A DNA stretch of 64,000 nucleotides. It comes from Thiocapsa sp. (GTDB taxonomy: Bacteria > Pseudomonadota > Gammaproteobacteria > Chromatiales > Chromatiaceae). The notes under the pieces were generated by a model that was given only the letters and a program-made list of their open reading frames with translations, was not told where the DNA came from and made no database searches. How positions within the stretch are numbered: the first letter of the stretch is position 1; the number at the start of each line of letters is the position of its first letter. Shown piece by piece: positions 46,339-56,324 of this stretch. Both the position numbers and the translations under genes were made by a program. The stretch covers positions 4,288,269-4,352,268 of the forward strand of contig NZ_CP073760.1 of assembly GCF_018399035.1 (NCBI RefSeq), written 5' to 3'.

Positions 46339-48999
46339 ATGCAGACCGACTACGACCCGCAGGCCGTCGAGGCCGCGGCCCAGCGCTATTGGGAAGACCA
46401 CCAGTCCTTCAAGGCCGTCGAGGACCGCTCGCGCGAGAAATTCTACTGCCTCTCGATGTTCCCCTATCCCTCGGGGCGGCTGCACATGGGGCATGTGCGC
46501 AACTACACCATCGGCGACGTGATCGCGAGGCATCAGCGGATGCTCGGCAAGAACGTGCTCCAGCCGATGGGGTGGGACGCCTTCGGTCTGCCGGCCGAGA
46601 ACGCGGCCATCCAGAAGGGCATCCCGCCCTCGGAATGGACCACGTCGAATATCGACTATATGCGCACCCAGCTCAAGCAGCTCGGCTTCGGCTACGACTG
46701 GGACCGCGAGCTTGCGACCTGCAATCCGGACTATTACCGCTGGGAGCAATGGCTCTTCACGCGTCTGATGGAGAAGGGGCTGGTCTATCGCTCGCAGGCG
46801 ACGGTCAACTGGGATCCGATCGACCAGACGGTGCTCGCCAACGAGCAGGTCATCGACGGCAAGGGGTGGCGCTCGGGCGCGCCGGTGGAGAAGCGCGAGA
46901 TCCAGCAATGGTTCGTGCGTATCACCGACTATGCCCAGGAGCTGCTGGACGCGCTCGACGGCCTGGACGGCTGGCCGGAGCAGGTGCGCACCATGCAGCG
47001 CAACTGGATCGGGCGCTCCGAAGGTGTCGAGATGCGCTTCGGGATCGAGGGCTCGGACGAGACGCTGGAGATCTACACGACCCGTCCGGATACGCTCATG
47101 GGCGTGACCTATGTGGCCGTCGCCGCCGAGCATCCGCTCGCGCGCCGTGCCGCCGAGGATCAGCCTGCACTCGCGGCCTTTATCGAGGAGTGCCGCAAAG
47201 GCGGGACCTCCGAGGCCGAGATCGAGACGATGGAGAAGAAGGGACATCCGCTCGGCCTGAATGCCCTGCATCCGGTGACCGGCGAGGCGGTGCCGATCTT
47301 CGCCGCGAATTTCGTGCTCATGGGGTACGGTACGGGTGCGGTGATGGCGGTCCCGGCGCACGATGAACGTGACTTTCATTTTGCGCACAAATACGGCATC
47401 CCGATCCGTCCGGTGATCGTTCCCGAGGATTGGAAAGACCGCCGGCTCGATATCAGCGCGGGTGACGATGCGGCCGCGGCAAGCCGGCCGATCGTCGCCC
47501 TTTCCGACGACCCCTCGGATCCGCCCCTGGACTGGTCGCACTGGGATCCGCGTTTCGAGCAAAAAGGCGTTCTCATCAACTCCGGCCCTTTCTCGACCTT
47601 GACCAGTACCGAGGCGTTCGAGACCATCGCCGCCTGGCTGACGGAGCACGACAAGGGCCGCAAGCGCGTGAACTTCAGGCTGCGCGACTGGGGCGTCTCG
47701 CGCCAGCGCTATTGGGGCTGCCCCATCCCGGTGGTGAACGGCCCCGACGGCAGTCTGCGCCCCGAGACCGATCTGCCGGTGCGTCTACCCGAGAACGTCG
47801 TCGTCGACGGCTCCGGCTCGCCGCTCAAAAAGATGCCGTCCTTCTCGGATCTCCCCGGCGGCGAGACCCGCGAGACCGACACCTTCGATACCTTCTTCGA
47901 GTCGAGCTGGTACTACGCCCGCTACTGCTCGGCGGATTGCGACACGGCCATGCTCGACGCGCGGGCGCGCTATTGGCTCCCGGTCGATCAGTATGTCGGC
48001 GGGATCGAGCACGCCATCCTGCATCTGCTCTACGCGCGCTTCTTCCATAAGTTGATGCGCGACGAGGGGCTGGTCGACTGCGACGAGCCCTTCGCCCGGC
48101 TCTTGACGCAAGGCATGGTGGTCGCCGAGACCTGGTATCGCGAGGATGCGGACGGGCGCAAGCAGTGGATCAATCCGGCCGAGGTACAGACCGAGCGCGA
48201 CGAGAAGGGCCGGCTGGTGCGCGCCTGGCTCGCGGCCGACGGTCTGCCGGTGACCTTCGGCGGCATCGAGAAGATGTCGAAATCCAAGAACAACGGCGTC
48301 GACCCGCAAGTCCTGACCGAGCGCTACGGTGCCGATACGGTGCGGCTCTACACCATGTTTACCTCTCCGCCGGAGCAGTCGCTGGAATGGAACGACGAGG
48401 GGGTCGAGGGCTCCTTCCGTTTCCTCAAGCGGCTCTGGTGGCTGGCGACGACCGAGGCGGAGACGATCCGCGGCGCAGGCGCCCCGGCGGCGAGCGATCT
48501 GGACGAGGCGGCCGGCGAGGCGAGGCGCGAGATCCACGGCGTGCTCAAGAAGGCGCGCTTCGACTACGAGCGCCAGCAGTTCAACACGGTCGTTTCCGGC
48601 TGCATGACCCTGGTCAACGTGCTCTACAAGCTCGATCCCGAGTCACCCGCGCGCGGCCCCATGTTGCGCGAGGGTCTGGCGATCGTGCTGCGTCTCCTCG
48701 CGCCGATCGCACCCCACGTCACCCATCATCTGTGGCGCGAGCTGGGGTTCGGCGAGGACATCCTGGGCTCGACCTGGCCCGAGGTGGACGCCGCGGCACT
48801 GGTGCAGTCGACGATCGACTATGTGGTTCAGGTCAACGGGAAGCTACGCGACAGCGTGAAGGTCCCCGCGGACGCGGATCGTGCGACCGTCGAGGCCGCC
48901 GCGCTGGCGAGCGAGAATGCGCGCCGTTTCATCGGCGAGGCGACCGTGCGCAAGGTCATCGTGGTGCCGAACAAGCTCGTCAACATCGTCGCCAACTGA
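46339..48999 (+). CDS. leuS: Leucine--tRNA ligase
   Basis: ATG at 46339 ([24 protein letters not shown]...[16 protein letters not shown]; KMSKS present as [10 protein letters not shown]). Confidence 0.95.
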   Translation: MQTDYDPQAVEAAAQRYWEDHQSFKAVEDRSREKFYCLSMFPYPSGRLHMGHVRNYTIGDVIARHQRMLGKNVLQPMGWDAFGLPAENAAIQKGIPPSEWTTSNIDYMRTQLKQLGFGYDWDRELATCNPDYYRWEQWLFTRLMEKGLVYRSQATVNWDPIDQTVLANEQVIDGKGWRSGAPVEKREIQQWFVRITDYAQELLDALDGLDGWPEQVRTMQRNWIGRSEGVEMRFGIEGSDETLEIYTTRPDTLMGVTYVAVAAEHPLARRAAEDQPALAAFIEECRKGGTSEAEIETMEKKGHPLGLNALHPVTGEAVPIFAANFVLMGYGTGAVMAVPAHDERDFHFAHKYGIPIRPVIVPEDWKDRRLDISAGDDAAAASRPIVALSDDPSDPPLDWSHWDPRFEQKGVLINSGPFSTLTSTEAFETIAAWLTEHDKGRKRVNFRLRDWGVSRQRYWGCPIPVVNGPDGSLRPETDLPVRLPENVVVDGSGSPLKKMPSFSDLPGGETRETDTFDTFFESSWYYARYCSADCDTAMLDARARYWLPVDQYVGGIEHAILHLLYARFFHKLMRDEGLVDCDEPFARLLTQGMVVAETWYREDADGRKQWINPAEVQTERDEKGRLVRAWLAADGLPVTFGGIEKMSKSKNNGVDPQVLTERYGADTVRLYTMFTSPPEQSLEWNDEGVEGSFRFLKRLWWLATTEAETIRGAGAPAASDLDEAAGEARREIHGVLKKARFDYERQQFNTVVSGCMTLVNVLYKLDPESPARGPMLREGLAIVLRLLAPIAPHVTHHLWRELGFGEDILGSTWPEVDAAALVQSTIDYVVQVNGKLRDSVKVPADADRATVEAAALASENARRFIGEATVRKVIVVPNKLVNIVAN

Positions 49000-49583
49000 T
49001 GCCGATGCCCGCCCGCCGATCCGAGACGTCCCTTCAAGCCCCGGCCGGTGGGCGGCTTGGCGGCTCGTCGCGTGCCCGCTCCCTCGCGTGGGGCCGAGCC
49101 GCCGTTCTTCTGGTTCTGGGTCTGGTCTGTCTCGCTCAGCTCGGCTGCGGTTTTCGCTTGCGGGGTGTCGTGGAGATCCCGGCCGCGCTGAATCCGATCT
49201 ACATCCAGGCCGCCGGCAACTCGCCGGTACGCGAGGCCCTGATCGATCAGCTCGCGGGCGGCGACGTCGCACTGGCACCAACGGCGGGCGAGGCGAACCT
49301 GATTCTGCGCATCCTCTCGGAGAGTCGGTATGCGCAGGTGGTGGCCGTCGACTCGGGCGGTCGGGTCTTGGCCTACGAGCTTCACTATCTGGTGAGCTAC
49401 GACGCCGTCACGCCCGACGGGGCTCAGAAGGTCCCGGGCCAAACGCTCGATCTGGTGCGCAACTTCGACAACCCCGACGTGGAGGTCCTCGGCAAACAGC
49501 TCGAAGAGGCGCTGATCTATCAGGATTTCGCCCGCGACGCCGCCGATCGGATCCTGATGCGCCTGCGTGTGACGTTGCTCTGA
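48999..49583 (+). CDS. lptE: LPS assembly lipoprotein LptE
   Basis: ATG at 48999 overlaps the leuS TGA by 1 nt. Lipobox LAQLGCGFRLRG. Conserved position between leuS and holA. Confidence 0.8.
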   Translation: MPMPARRSETSLQAPAGGRLGGSSRARSLAWGRAAVLLVLGLVCLAQLGCGFRLRGVVEIPAALNPIYIQAAGNSPVREALIDQLAGGDVALAPTAGEANLILRILSESRYAQVVAVDSGGRVLAYELHYLVSYDAVTPDGAQKVPGQTLDLVRNFDNPDVEVLGKQLEEALIYQDFARDAADRILMRLRVTLL

Positions 49584-49608
49584 CCGTCGGCGCAAGTTGT
49601 GCCTCCTA

Positions 49609-49688
49609 AACCGCGTCCAGAGCGACATGCGTTATTTTCATGTTGTGTCGGGCTCAAGGATTTTTCCGACCTTTTTGGAGACGCGGTT
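49609..49688. mobile_element. TA-flanked AACCGCG-TIR MITE (subfamily 3)
   Basis: Structure TA|AACCGCGTCCAGAGCGACATGCG...GGAGACGCGGTT|TA. Related to 53817-53897. Confidence 0.8.
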
Positions 49689-49715
49689 TAAAATTTAATA
49701 TTTTTGAATACTCTA

Positions 49716-49797
49716 AACCGCGCCAGCTCCGACAGTCGTCGGAGCTGGCGCGGCCGATCCACTCCAACACATGACGCATACCGCACCGCGCGCGGTT
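49716..49797. mobile_element. TA-flanked AACCGCG-TIR MITE
   Basis: Structure TA|AACCGCGCCAGCTCCGACAGTCGTCGGAGCTGGCGCGG...CGCGCGCGGTT|TA. Inverted relative of 32150-32231. Confidence 0.8.
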
Positions 49798-49868
49798 TAA
49801 CGTCAGCACAACCTACAGGCCAAGATCTCTCACGGAGACACGGAGACATCTCAAGCTGGAATCAGGCC

Positions 49869-49923
49869 GACCCCCGACCCCCGACCCCCGACCCCGACCC
49901 CTGAACCCTGAACCCTGAACCCC
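49869..49923. repeat. Simple-sequence repeats abutting the holA start codon
   Basis: (GACCCCC)x3, (GACCCC)x2 and (TGAACCC)x3, followed directly by C-ATG. Confidence 0.9.
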
Positions 49924-50958
49924 ATGCGCCTACGCTTCAATCAGCTCCAAGACACCTTGTCCCGCGGACTGGCCCCGCTGTACTTGGTCTGCGGTGACGA
50001 GCCTTACCAGCTCGGCGAGGCGGCGCGTCTGATCCGCGAGGCGGCTCGCCGTCAGGGGTTTGCCGAGCGCGAGATCCTGGACCAGGACGCCGCCTTCGAC
50101 TGGCATGCCCTGGGCGCCTCCGCCGACGCCATGTCGCTCTTCTCCTCGCGCAAGCTGATCGAGCTGCGCATCGGCACGGCGAAGCTCGGCAAGGACGGGG
50201 GTGCTGCGGTGCGTGCCTATTGCGATCGGCCCTGTCCGGACAACCTGCTGCTGATCATCGCGCCCGAGCTCGATCGCAAGGAGCTGCAGAGTCAGTGGGC
50301 CAAGCGGGTCGAGTCGGTCGGCGCACTGGTGCAGGTCTGGCCCCTGAAGGGGCGCGAGCTGGTGCAGTGGCTCGGTCAGCGTCTGCAGTCGGTCGGGCTG
50401 CAGCCGGGGCCGGGTGTGGCCGAGCTGTTGGCCGAGCGTGCCGAGGGCAACCTGCTGGCGGCGGTGCAGGAGATCGAGAAGCAGCGTCTGCTGCGTGATC
50501 CGGGACCGCTCGCGCTCGACGATCTGCTCGGGAACCTCGCCGACAGTGCCCGCTTCGACCTTTTTTCGCTGACCGACGCGGCCTTGTCCGGAGACCGCGC
50601 CCGCACCCAGCGCGTACTCTCGGTCCTGCGCGCCGAAGGGACCGCGGATGTCCTGGTGCTCTGGGTCTTGGCACGGGAGCTTCGGACCCTGGCCGAGGCG
50701 GCCGGGGCGCGGGCGGGCGGCGCGCGTGGGCCGGGTGCGGGGGATGCGCGGATGCCGCCGCAACGTCTCCAGGCGATGGAGCGCGCACTGTCGCGGCTCT
50801 CGCCGACCCTGCTGCGCGGGCTGCTCCATCAGTGCTCGCTGGTGGATCAATCGATCAAGGGGCTCGCCGTCGGGGATCCCTGGCACCGTCTGGCCGTGGT
50901 CGCCGATGCCTTGGCCGCCGGCGGTTTTCGCGCGGGTCGGCCGATCCCGCAGCGCTGA
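49924..50958 (+). CDS. holA: DNA polymerase III delta subunit
   Basis: 344-aa ORF. Sequence: MRLRFNQLQDTLSRGLAPLYLVCGDEPYQLGEAARLIREAARRQGF. Conserved lptE-holA synteny. Confidence 0.88.
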   Translation: MRLRFNQLQDTLSRGLAPLYLVCGDEPYQLGEAARLIREAARRQGFAEREILDQDAAFDWHALGASADAMSLFSSRKLIELRIGTAKLGKDGGAAVRAYCDRPCPDNLLLIIAPELDRKELQSQWAKRVESVGALVQVWPLKGRELVQWLGQRLQSVGLQPGPGVAELLAERAEGNLLAAVQEIEKQRLLRDPGPLALDDLLGNLADSARFDLFSLTDAALSGDRARTQRVLSVLRAEGTADVLVLWVLARELRTLAEAAGARAGGARGPGAGDARMPPQRLQAMERALSRLSPTLLRGLLHQCSLVDQSIKGLAVGDPWHRLAVVADALAAGGFRAGRPIPQR

Positions 50959-51073
50959 GACCCGTCCGGCCGGGTCTGCTCGGTTACCGCGCGGCGACCA
51001 CTTCAGTCTGATCTATAGCCCTTTTCGGCTATACAGACCCCCGGCGCCGTCTTACACTGATTCCGAATAGCGA

Positions 51074-51222
<149 letters not shown>

Positions 51223-51252
51223 TCTGCACCGCTACACTATTTGAATACTTTA

Positions 51253-51333
51253 AACCGCGCCGGCTCCAACGGTCGTCAAGTCTGCCGGGGCCGATCCCAT
51301 CCAACAACATCGCATACCGCGCCGGGCGCGGTT
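51253..51333. mobile_element. TA-flanked AACCGCG-TIR MITE (subfamily 1, inverted), 10 nt upstream of the proA ATG
   Basis: Structure TA|AACCGCGCCGGCTCCAACGG...CGCATACCGCGCCGGGCGCGGTT|TA. Confidence 0.8.
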
Positions 51334-51343
51334 TAGGTCCGAG

Positions 51344-52618
51344 ATGAGCGAACGACAGATCACCGATATCGACGCCTACATGGCTGACCTTGGACGCCGG
51401 GCCCGTGCCGCGTCGCGCGCTTTGGCGCGCGCGACGACCCGCCGGAAGAACGATGCCCTGTCGGCGATCGCCGACGCAATCGACCGCCGACGCGATGCCA
51501 TCGTCGCCGCCAACCGGATCGATCTCGAGCAGGGTGCGGGCAAGGGCCTGGATGCCGCGCTGCTCGATCGGCTCGAGCTGACCGAGGGGCGCATCGACAC
51601 CATGATCGAGGGCCTGCGTCAGATCGCTGCCCTGCCGGATCCGATCGGCGCCATCACGGATCTGGATTACCGCCCGTCCGGCATCCAGGTCGGGCGCATG
51701 CGCGTGCCGCTGGGTGTCGTGGGCATCATCTACGAATCGCGGCCGAACGTGACCGCGGATGCGGCCGGACTCTGTCTCAAATCGGGCAACGCGACGCTGT
51801 TGCGCGGTGGCTCCGAGGCCTTCGCGTCGAATCAGGCGATCGCGGCCTGTATCGGGCAGGGTCTGGTCGAGGCCGGTCTGCCCGCCGACGGCGTGCAGGT
51901 GGTCGCCACGACCGATCGTGCGGCGGTCGGTGCCATGATTGCCATGCCCGAGTGCGTCGACGTGATCATCCCGCGCGGCGGCAAGGGACTGATCGAGCGG
52001 ATCAGCCGCGAGGCACGGGTCCCGGTCATCAAGCATCTCGACGGCATCTGTCATGTCTTCATCGACGCCCATGCCGATCCGCAGAAGGCGTTCGACATCG
52101 CCATGAACGCCAAGACGCAGCGCTACGGGACCTGCAACACCATGGAGACCCTCTTGGTGGACGAGGCCGTCGCGGCGACCATCCTGCCGCGTCTGGCGAC
52201 CGCCTATCGCGAGAAGGGTGTCGAGCTGCGAGGTTGTCCGCGCACCCGCGAGATCCTGCCCGAGGCGATCGCCGCGACCGAGGCCGACTGGGACACCGAG
52301 TATCTGGCCCCGATCCTCGCCATCCGGGTCGTCTCCGGGCTCGATGCCGCCATGGATCACATCGCCGCGCACGGCTCGGCCCATACGGATGCGATCGTCA
52401 CGGAGGACTACAGCCGTGCCCGACGCTTCCTGCGCGAGGTCGATTCCAGCTCCGTCATGGTCAACGCCTCGACGCGCTTTGCCGATGGGTTCGAATACGG
52501 CTTGGGTGCGGAGATCGGGATCAGCACGGACAAGTTTCATGCGCGCGGGCCGGTCGGGCTCGAGGGTCTGACCTCGGTGAAGTTCGTGGTGCTGGGCGAC
52601 GGAGAGGTCCGCACCTGA
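51344..52618 (+). CDS. proA: Gamma-glutamyl phosphate reductase
   Basis: 424-aa ORF. Sequence: ...[37 protein letters not shown]...CNTMETLLV. Confidence 0.93.
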   Translation: MSERQITDIDAYMADLGRRARAASRALARATTRRKNDALSAIADAIDRRRDAIVAANRIDLEQGAGKGLDAALLDRLELTEGRIDTMIEGLRQIAALPDPIGAITDLDYRPSGIQVGRMRVPLGVVGIIYESRPNVTADAAGLCLKSGNATLLRGGSEAFASNQAIAACIGQGLVEAGLPADGVQVVATTDRAAVGAMIAMPECVDVIIPRGGKGLIERISREARVPVIKHLDGICHVFIDAHADPQKAFDIAMNAKTQRYGTCNTMETLLVDEAVAATILPRLATAYREKGVELRGCPRTREILPEAIAATEADWDTEYLAPILAIRVVSGLDAAMDHIAAHGSAHTDAIVTEDYSRARRFLREVDSSSVMVNASTRFADGFEYGLGAEIGISTDKFHARGPVGLEGLTSVKFVVLGDGEVRT

Positions 52619-52676
52619 TGGCCGAGGGATGCCTCGGTGGCGTGGATTCGGCTGTCGGTCGCAGCTCGACACCTTG

Positions 52677-53306
52677 ATGATCGGCGTCCTCGGCGGCACC
52701 TTCGACCCCATCCACTTCGGACATCTGCGTCCGGCGCTCGATTGTCTCCAAGCGCTCGGTCTGGAGGAGATCCGCCTCGTCCCGCTCAATGTCGCGGTGC
52801 ATCGTGCGCCGCCGGTCGCCTCCTCGGTGCTGCGCTTGGCCATGGTGGAGGCCGCGATCGCCGGTCAACCGGGATTCGTCGCGGACCCCCGCGAGATCGA
52901 GCGGCCGGGCGGATCCTACACCTACGACACCCTGATCTCGCTGCGTGCCGAGCTGGGCCGAGAACCGCCCTTGTGTCTGCTCATCGGCGCCGATGCCTTT
53001 GCGGGCTTCCCGGGTTGGCATCGCCCGGCGGATATCCTGGACCTGGCGCATCTCGTGGTGATGCGGCGACCGGGTGCGTCCGTCGCGCTCGATCCTGCCC
53101 TGCAGGCATTCTGCACGGGACGTCTCCGCGATCGGGCCGACGACTTGGCAGAGACGCCGGCCGGCCGCATCCTCTTTCAGGACGTGACCCAGATCGATGT
53201 CTCGGCAACCGGTGTGCGCGACCTGATTCGCCAGGGTCTGAGTCCGCGCTGGCTGCTGCCCGATGCGGTGATCTCGATCATCGCGGCGGAAGGCTTGTAT
53301 CGGTGA
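52677..53306 (+). CDS. nadD: Nicotinate-nucleotide adenylyltransferase
   Basis: ATG at 52677 (MIGVLGGTFDPIHFGHLRPAL...). Confidence 0.9.
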   Translation: MIGVLGGTFDPIHFGHLRPALDCLQALGLEEIRLVPLNVAVHRAPPVASSVLRLAMVEAAIAGQPGFVADPREIERPGGSYTYDTLISLRAELGREPPLCLLIGADAFAGFPGWHRPADILDLAHLVVMRRPGASVALDPALQAFCTGRLRDRADDLAETPAGRILFQDVTQIDVSATGVRDLIRQGLSPRWLLPDAVISIIAAEGLYR

Positions 53307-53460
53307 GCCGGAGGCCTGCCGACCCGCAGGGCAACGTTTGCACCGTCGCCCGTCGGATCCGACCAAGGAGGGTGTAGTCGTCGCCGCGGATCGCGGTGCG
53401 ACGCAAACCCCCGTGCGACCGATCGCGTCGCGCCCCTAATTCAAAAGCAGAGGAGATCGC

Positions 53461-53817
53461 ATGCAGCTTGAGACACTTCGGGAACTGGTCGTCGAGACCT
53501 TGAGCGAGATGAAGGCCCGCGACATCGAGGTGATGGACGTGCGGGGCAAGACCGCCATTACGGACTATATGATCGTCGCCTCCGGCACCTCGGACCGGCA
53601 TGTGAAGGCCATCGCGGAGACCGTGGCCTACAAGTCGAAGGAGGCGGGCGAGACCCCGCTGGGGATGGAGGGCGTCACCGAGGGCGAGTGGGCCCTGGTG
53701 GACCTCAACGGGGTCGTGGTGCATGTCATGCTCCCCAAGGTGCGTGACTTCTACAATCTCGAAAAGCTCTGGGCTGCACCGGCTACCGTGGCAAAGGTTG
53801 CCGCCGTTCCGCTTTAA
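53461..53817 (+). CDS. rsfS: Ribosome silencing factor RsfS
   Basis: 118-aa ORF. Sequence: ...KARDIEVMDVRGKTAITDYMIVASGTSDRHVKAIAE...WALVDLNGVVVHVM. Confidence 0.9.
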   Translation: MQLETLRELVVETLSEMKARDIEVMDVRGKTAITDYMIVASGTSDRHVKAIAETVAYKSKEAGETPLGMEGVTEGEWALVDLNGVVVHVMLPKVRDFYNLEKLWAAPATVAKVAAVPL

Positions 53818-53897
53818 ACCGCGTCCGGAGCGACATGCATCGTTTTTGGATTGGCGCTGCCTCGGCCGGATTCTTGAGCGTCGGAGGTGACGCGGTT
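53817..53897. mobile_element. TA-flanked AACCGCG-TIR MITE (subfamily 3)
   Basis: Structure TA|AACCGCGTCCGGAGCGACATGCATCG...GTGACGCGGTT|TA. Its flank TA plus its first A form the rsfS TAA stop. Confidence 0.8.
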
Positions 53898-53985
53898 TAG
53901 GATTTTTTACCCGTCTTGCGCGAAAAGCCACGTCGTTCAGGGCGGGGATGGATAGCGCCGGACGGTGGACCCGTCCGGCATCTGT

Positions 53986-54129
53986 TCAGGTGGGAGTCTG
54001 TTGCTGTTCGATGTACTGGCGCACGATGGAAATCGGGGCACCGCCGCAGGAGGCGGCGAAGTAGGAGGGCGACCAGAGGACGCCTTTCCAGTAACGCTGC
54101 TGAATGTCCTGGCGCTCTTGGCGCAGTAG
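53986..54129 (-). pseudogene. C-terminal fragment of an IS200/IS605-family TnpA (Y1 transposase)
   Basis: The last ~47 aa of ORF 53986..54342 read ...QQRYWKGVLWSPSYFAASCGGAPISIVRQYIEQQ. Confidence 0.7.
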
Positions 54130-54141
54130 GCGGCCGGGACG

Positions 54142-54513
54142 GTGGAAGCGCCGGGCACCAACGTTCGGGCCAAGTCCGGCCTGAACAAAGCCATTCTCGA
54201 CCAGGGTTGGTTCGAGTTTCGCCGGCAACTGGACTACAAGACGGCGTGGAGTGGCGGGCACCTGGTCGCGGTGCCCCCACAGAACACCAGCCGGACCTGT
54301 CCGTGCTGCGGGCATATCGCCAAGGAGAACAGGCAGACTCAAGCCCGGTTCGCGTGCGTGGAGTGCGGTTTCGAGGAAAACGCCGATTTGGTCGGTGCGA
54401 TCAATGTTCTAAGGGCGGGACACGCCCGGTTAGCCTGCGGAGATACTTCGCTCATTGGAGCGTCGGCCCAGGAACCCGCCGAAGCGACTATTCGCGAGCT
54501 TTCTTGCGTGTAG
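54142..54513 (+). pseudogene. C-terminal fragment (~120 aa) of an IS605-family TnpB (RuvC-III + zinc ribbon)
   Basis: Sequence: ...NVRAKSGLNKAILDQGWFEFRRQLDYKTAWSGGHLVAVPPQNTSRTCPCCGHIAKENRQTQARFACVECGFEENADLVGAINVLRAG. Confidence 0.8.
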
Positions 54514-54611
54514 CGCCGTAGGAATCGCCGTCCTTCAGGGCGGCGAGGATGTCAAGGACAAGGAACCATCGTCGTTAGTCGGCGACTGAAGTCGCCCCTA
54601 CCCCCTACCCC

Positions 54612-54850
54612 CTACATGGCTTTAGGCTCGTCGCCCGGTCCCTCGTCGTTCAGGATCCGCTCGATGGTGAAGGGGCAGACCGGCGGGAAGGTCTCCTCGG
54701 CGAGTCCGGTGTCGCGGGCGGCCTCGAGGATGGCATCGCCATAGGCGTCAAGGACCGCTTGTTCCAGCTTCGCCTTGAGACTGGGGTTCTGTGCGAGGTG
54801 CCTTGGGTGTTGGCCCAAGCATAGAAGTCAACGTCGTAGGTGCTCTGCAT
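54612..54850 (-). pseudogene. DUF29 gene remnant (internal deletion + frame change)
   Basis: The N-terminus MQSTYDVDFYAWANTQ (ATG 54850) runs straight into the out-of-frame C-terminal part ...NPSLKAKLEQAVLDAYGDAILEAARDTGLAEETFPPVCPFTIERILNDE (ORF 54612..54818). Confidence 0.6.
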
Positions 54851-54927
54851 CGGTGACCTCGGGGAATGGGTGGGACGTTGCAGGTATGATGAGATGATCT
54901 CAGGGAAAAGACCAAACGTGATCCGCC

Positions 54928-55470
54928 ATGACATCGACCGAACAACGCCAAGCCCCGCCCCTCTGCCTGGTCGCCGCGATCGCGGACAACGGCGTGATCG
55001 GTCGGGAGAATCGACTGCCTTGGTATCTGCCGGCCGATCTGGGTCACTTCAAACAGCTCACGCTCGACAAGACGATCGTCATGGGTCGGCGGACCTGGGA
55101 ATCCCTGCCCGGGCTCTTGCCGCGTCGACGCCACATCGTGCTGTCCCGTGATCCGGCCTTTCGTCCGGACGGCTGTCTCGTGGTGGATTCTCTGGATGCC
55201 GCGATCGAGGCGGCCGGCCCGGTGCCCGAGCTGTTGATCGTCGGCGGGGCGGCACTCTATGCCGAGACGCTTCCGCGCGCGGACGGTCTCTATTTGACGC
55301 TGGTCCATGCGACCATCGACGGCGATACCCGCTTTCCGTGCTGGGATCCGGCGGATTGGGTCGAGGTGGGCCGGGTCGAGCGTCCGGCCGACGACCGCAA
55401 CGCCTATGCCATGACCTTCTTGGAGCTTCGCCGCGTGCCCGCGCTTCACTCCGATCCGGGCCGCAGATAG
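54928..55470 (+). CDS. folA: Dihydrofolate reductase
   Basis: 180-aa ORF. Sequence: ...LVAAIADNGVIGRENRLPWYLPADLGHFKQLTLDKTIVMGRRTWESL. The 3' end overlaps the convergent apaH by 25 nt. Confidence 0.9.
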   Translation: MTSTEQRQAPPLCLVAAIADNGVIGRENRLPWYLPADLGHFKQLTLDKTIVMGRRTWESLPGLLPRRRHIVLSRDPAFRPDGCLVVDSLDAAIEAAGPVPELLIVGGAALYAETLPRADGLYLTLVHATIDGDTRFPCWDPADWVEVGRVERPADDRNAYAMTFLELRRVPALHSDPGRR

Positions 55471-56297
55471 CCCGCGCAGTCGAGCTGGATGGGTGTGATC
55501 GACGTTTGTCCGTCGCCGTCGCCGTCGATCCGGATTGCGGTCAGTGCGCCGCCCCAGAGACAGCCGCTGTCGAGTCCCCAGACGTTGTGCTCGGCGAGGT
55601 AGCCGATGGTGGACCAGTGGCCGAAGATGATCCGGTCGCCGCGGGTGCGCCGGTCCGGCATCCGAAACCAGGGCAGACGCCCCGCCGATTGGCTGCCGAT
55701 CTCGCCCTTCTCGCCGAGGGCAAGGGCGCCGTCCGACGCGCAGAACCTCAGTCGGGTGAGACAGTTGGTGATGAACCTTAGACGGTCCATGCCGGCCAGA
55801 TCGGGCGACCAGCGCTTGGGTTTGTTGCCGTACATCGCCATCAGGTAGGCGCGATGGTCCGGGCCGCGCAGGGTCGACTCAAGCTCGTGCGCGCGGGCTC
55901 GAGTGTCTTCAAGGCTCCATTGCGGCGGCACACCGGCATGGATCATCGAGAAACCGATATCCGGATCATGGTGCAGCAGCGGGCGCTGGCGCAGCCAATG
56001 CAAGAGCGCGTCGCGGTCCGGCGCCCGCAGCACCGCGTCGAGCGTGCTCTTGCCCGCATGCCGGGTATTGCCTTCGGCCAAGGCGAGGAGATGCAGGTCG
56101 TGGTTGCCGAGAACCGTGACGGCGCTATCGCCTAGATCCTGCACGAACCGCAGTACGGCAAGGGATTCAGGCCCGCGATTGACCAGGTCGCCGACGAGCC
56201 ACAGTCGGTCGACGCCTGGATCGAACCGGAGCCTGTCGAGCAGTTGCCGCAGCTCCCGATAGCACCCCTGGATGTCGCCGACGGCATAGATGGACAT
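55446..56297 (-). CDS. apaH: Bis(5'-nucleosyl)-tetraphosphatase (symmetrical)
   Basis: 283-aa ORF. Sequence: MSIYAVGDIQGCYRELRQLLDRLRFDPGVDRLWLVGDLVNRGP...GNHD. Confidence 0.92.
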   Translation of the reverse strand: MSIYAVGDIQGCYRELRQLLDRLRFDPGVDRLWLVGDLVNRGPESLAVLRFVQDLGDSAVTVLGNHDLHLLALAEGNTRHAGKSTLDAVLRAPDRDALLHWLRQRPLLHHDPDIGFSMIHAGVPPQWSLEDTRARAHELESTLRGPDHRAYLMAMYGNKPKRWSPDLAGMDRLRFITNCLTRLRFCASDGALALGEKGEIGSQSAGRLPWFRMPDRRTRGDRIIFGHWSTIGYLAEHNVWGLDSGCLWGGALTAIRIDGDGDGQTSITPIQLDCAGYLRPGSE

Positions 56298-56324
56298 GGC
56301 CGTGTCGGTCCCGGTCGTGTCGGC

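Noticed and set aside
46294-48537. Minus-strand ORFs 46294..47649 and 47785..48537, plus the plus-strand frame 48165..48998, overlapping leuS.
   Set aside because: Shadow frames of leuS. Only the last 585 nt of 48165..49583 (lptE) are considered coding.
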